This document shows, one piece after another, positions 63,014 through 64,000 of a DNA stretch of 64,000 bases (position 1 is the first letter of the stretch; each line of letters opens with the position of its first letter). Source of the stretch: an uncultured bacterium (GTDB taxonomy: Bacteria > Bacteroidota > Bacteroidia > Flavobacteriales > Flavobacteriaceae); NCBI GenBank assembly GCA_965365355.1, contig CBDUBJ010000002.1, positions 8,178-72,177 on the forward strand, read 5' to 3'. The position numbers and the translations under genes were made by a program. A model generated the notes under the pieces. That model was not told the origin of the DNA. It made no database searches and saw nothing but the letters and a program-made list of their open reading frames with translations.

Positions 63014-63496
63014 TTAAAAAAAGCGGCTGTGCCAGCTTTCGTGCGCAGGAACTTCCCAGTAGTCGTTCCACTCGCCAACAGTATTAACGAGGTTATTGAA
63101 AACAATCGTATTTGGAGAGACAGCTTTATCTTTTGCCATTCTCTTAAAATCAGTCAATGGTTTATGCGCAATGTGCTCACCCAAGCGATATGTGACATTC
63201 ATCTTATCCAAAAGGCTGACACCATATTTTTTCTCGATGTTTTGGATAAATCGAACCGAATCATCGATGGAACATCCACTCGCGGCATGTGCTTCCTGAT
63301 TGACTGCCAATATGATAAACCTGTTGTATTTAACTATGTAAGCAGCTTCCAGTGAATTGCCGTGTGCTGCCCAGTTTTCGGTATATTCTTTTAATGCCGC
63401 GTCGATTTCAGAAACTTCGTCATCCGATAATTTCCTGTCGGATTGATAGATCCAGATCCGCGATTCCGGCGGCATATTTTCAAAAGGTACATTCAT
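63014..63496 (-). CDS. Conserved Bacteroidota protein with an SGCSID motif
   Basis: SRIWIYQSDR, WAAHG, ASGCSID, VFNNLV, ESWH; no Walker A/B motif. Confidence 0.7.
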   Translation of the reverse strand: MNVPFENMPPESRIWIYQSDRKLSDDEVSEIDAALKEYTENWAAHGNSLEAAYIVKYNRFIILAVNQEAHAASGCSIDDSVRFIQNIEKKYGVSLLDKMNVTYRLGEHIAHKPLTDFKRMAKDKAVSPNTIVFNNLVNTVGEWNDYWEVPAHESWHSRFF

Positions 63497-63498
63497 TT

Positions 63499-64000
63499 TT
63501 ACTTCTTTTCCAGTGCGGAAATCACTTTGAAATAGCGAAATTCCTTCATTTTCGGGTCGTACATTTCAATTTCGGAGTAGGTTGCCGAAATTCTGTCTTT
63601 CTTTTTGATCTTATTATCTGTATACAAACCTGCCGATTCAAAATAATCCATCAGCATCAGGTTATGCGTGCGTGAAGATGCGTCTTTTAAAACTATCGTC
63701 ACGAATTGATCGGATTTGATATCCGAAATCTCGCCTTCAATTGTGGTATACGCAACTTCCGATTCGATAGATTGGTCTTCAGCTTCGAAGGCAGTTCCAA
63801 GGGCGATCAGGTAATTCGGGCAGTGTGTCAGCATTTTCATCGCAACCTGCTCGCCAAATTGTTCCATCGAAACTTTATCCTGCAGGTTCACATTCTCCAT
63901 TTTGTTGATCTCCTCGACATGTGCCGAATAACTTTGAAGAAAGCATGTCAGATAATCTGCTTTCAGGTCTTCAACCGCGGTAATTTCAAGGTTTGGCCTT
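63499..64000 (-). CDS. Hypothetical protein, 5' end outside the window
   Basis: The frame of the 133-aa ORF stays open (33 more codons, no stop) up to the window edge, so the ATG at 63900 may be internal. Confidence 0.6.
   Translation of the reverse strand, partial: RPNLEITAVEDLKADYLTCFLQSYSAHVEEINKMENVNLQDKVSMEQFGEQVAMKMLTHCPNYLIALGTAFEAEDQSIESEVAYTTIEGEISDIKSDQFVTIVLKDASSRTHNLMLMDYFESAGLYTDNKIKKKDRISATYSEIEMYDPKMKEFRYFKVISALEKK

Noticed and set aside
63014-63496. ABC transporter ATPase
   Set aside because: No Walker A, Walker B or LSGGQ signature, and too short.
1-64000. Mobile elements, prophage, tRNA/rRNA, horizontally acquired island boundaries
   Set aside because: No transposase, integrase or phage motif, no cloverleaf or rRNA-like segment, and no flanking direct repeats seen by eye; composition shifts could not be computed.

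Overview
A 64-kb chromosomal window from a Flavobacterium-like member of the Bacteroidota, judged from T9SS C-terminal sorting domains, TAnnTTTG -7 promoter boxes, lipoproteins with acidic export signals and bshA. I saw no rRNA, tRNA, CRISPR array, transposase or integrase. Three accessory systems sit among housekeeping genes. (1) 4862-14715: a Pel-like exopolysaccharide operon (pelF, pelG, a GH114-type hydrolase, an unknown polytopic membrane protein, and a 1298-aa lipoprotein that appears to fuse a DUF2194/PelA-type deacetylase to a PelB-type TPR + beta-barrel). It has no recognisable PelC/D/E or c-di-GMP receptor. It faces a T9SS-secreted DUF4874/DUF4832 protein whose promoter carries the same upstream motif. 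(2) 19489-25570: a type III PKS operon with its own PPTase, ACP, KS, DH and ER plus a methyltransferase and an FAD enzyme. (3) 29383-39326: an aromatic-CoA catabolic operon whose AbmA/SdgC-type hydroxylase has a degenerate reductase domain. The gene set fits a possibly undescribed anthranilate -> 5-hydroxyanthranilate -> maleamate -> maleate -> fumarate route. The window also holds probable pseudo-enzymes (EndoV, a DEDDh exonuclease), two families of ~21-bp-periodic operator-like repeats, three covarying copies of a Flavo-1-like structured RNA/repeat, and several small proteins. All family assignments come from motif recognition by eye; no database search was run.
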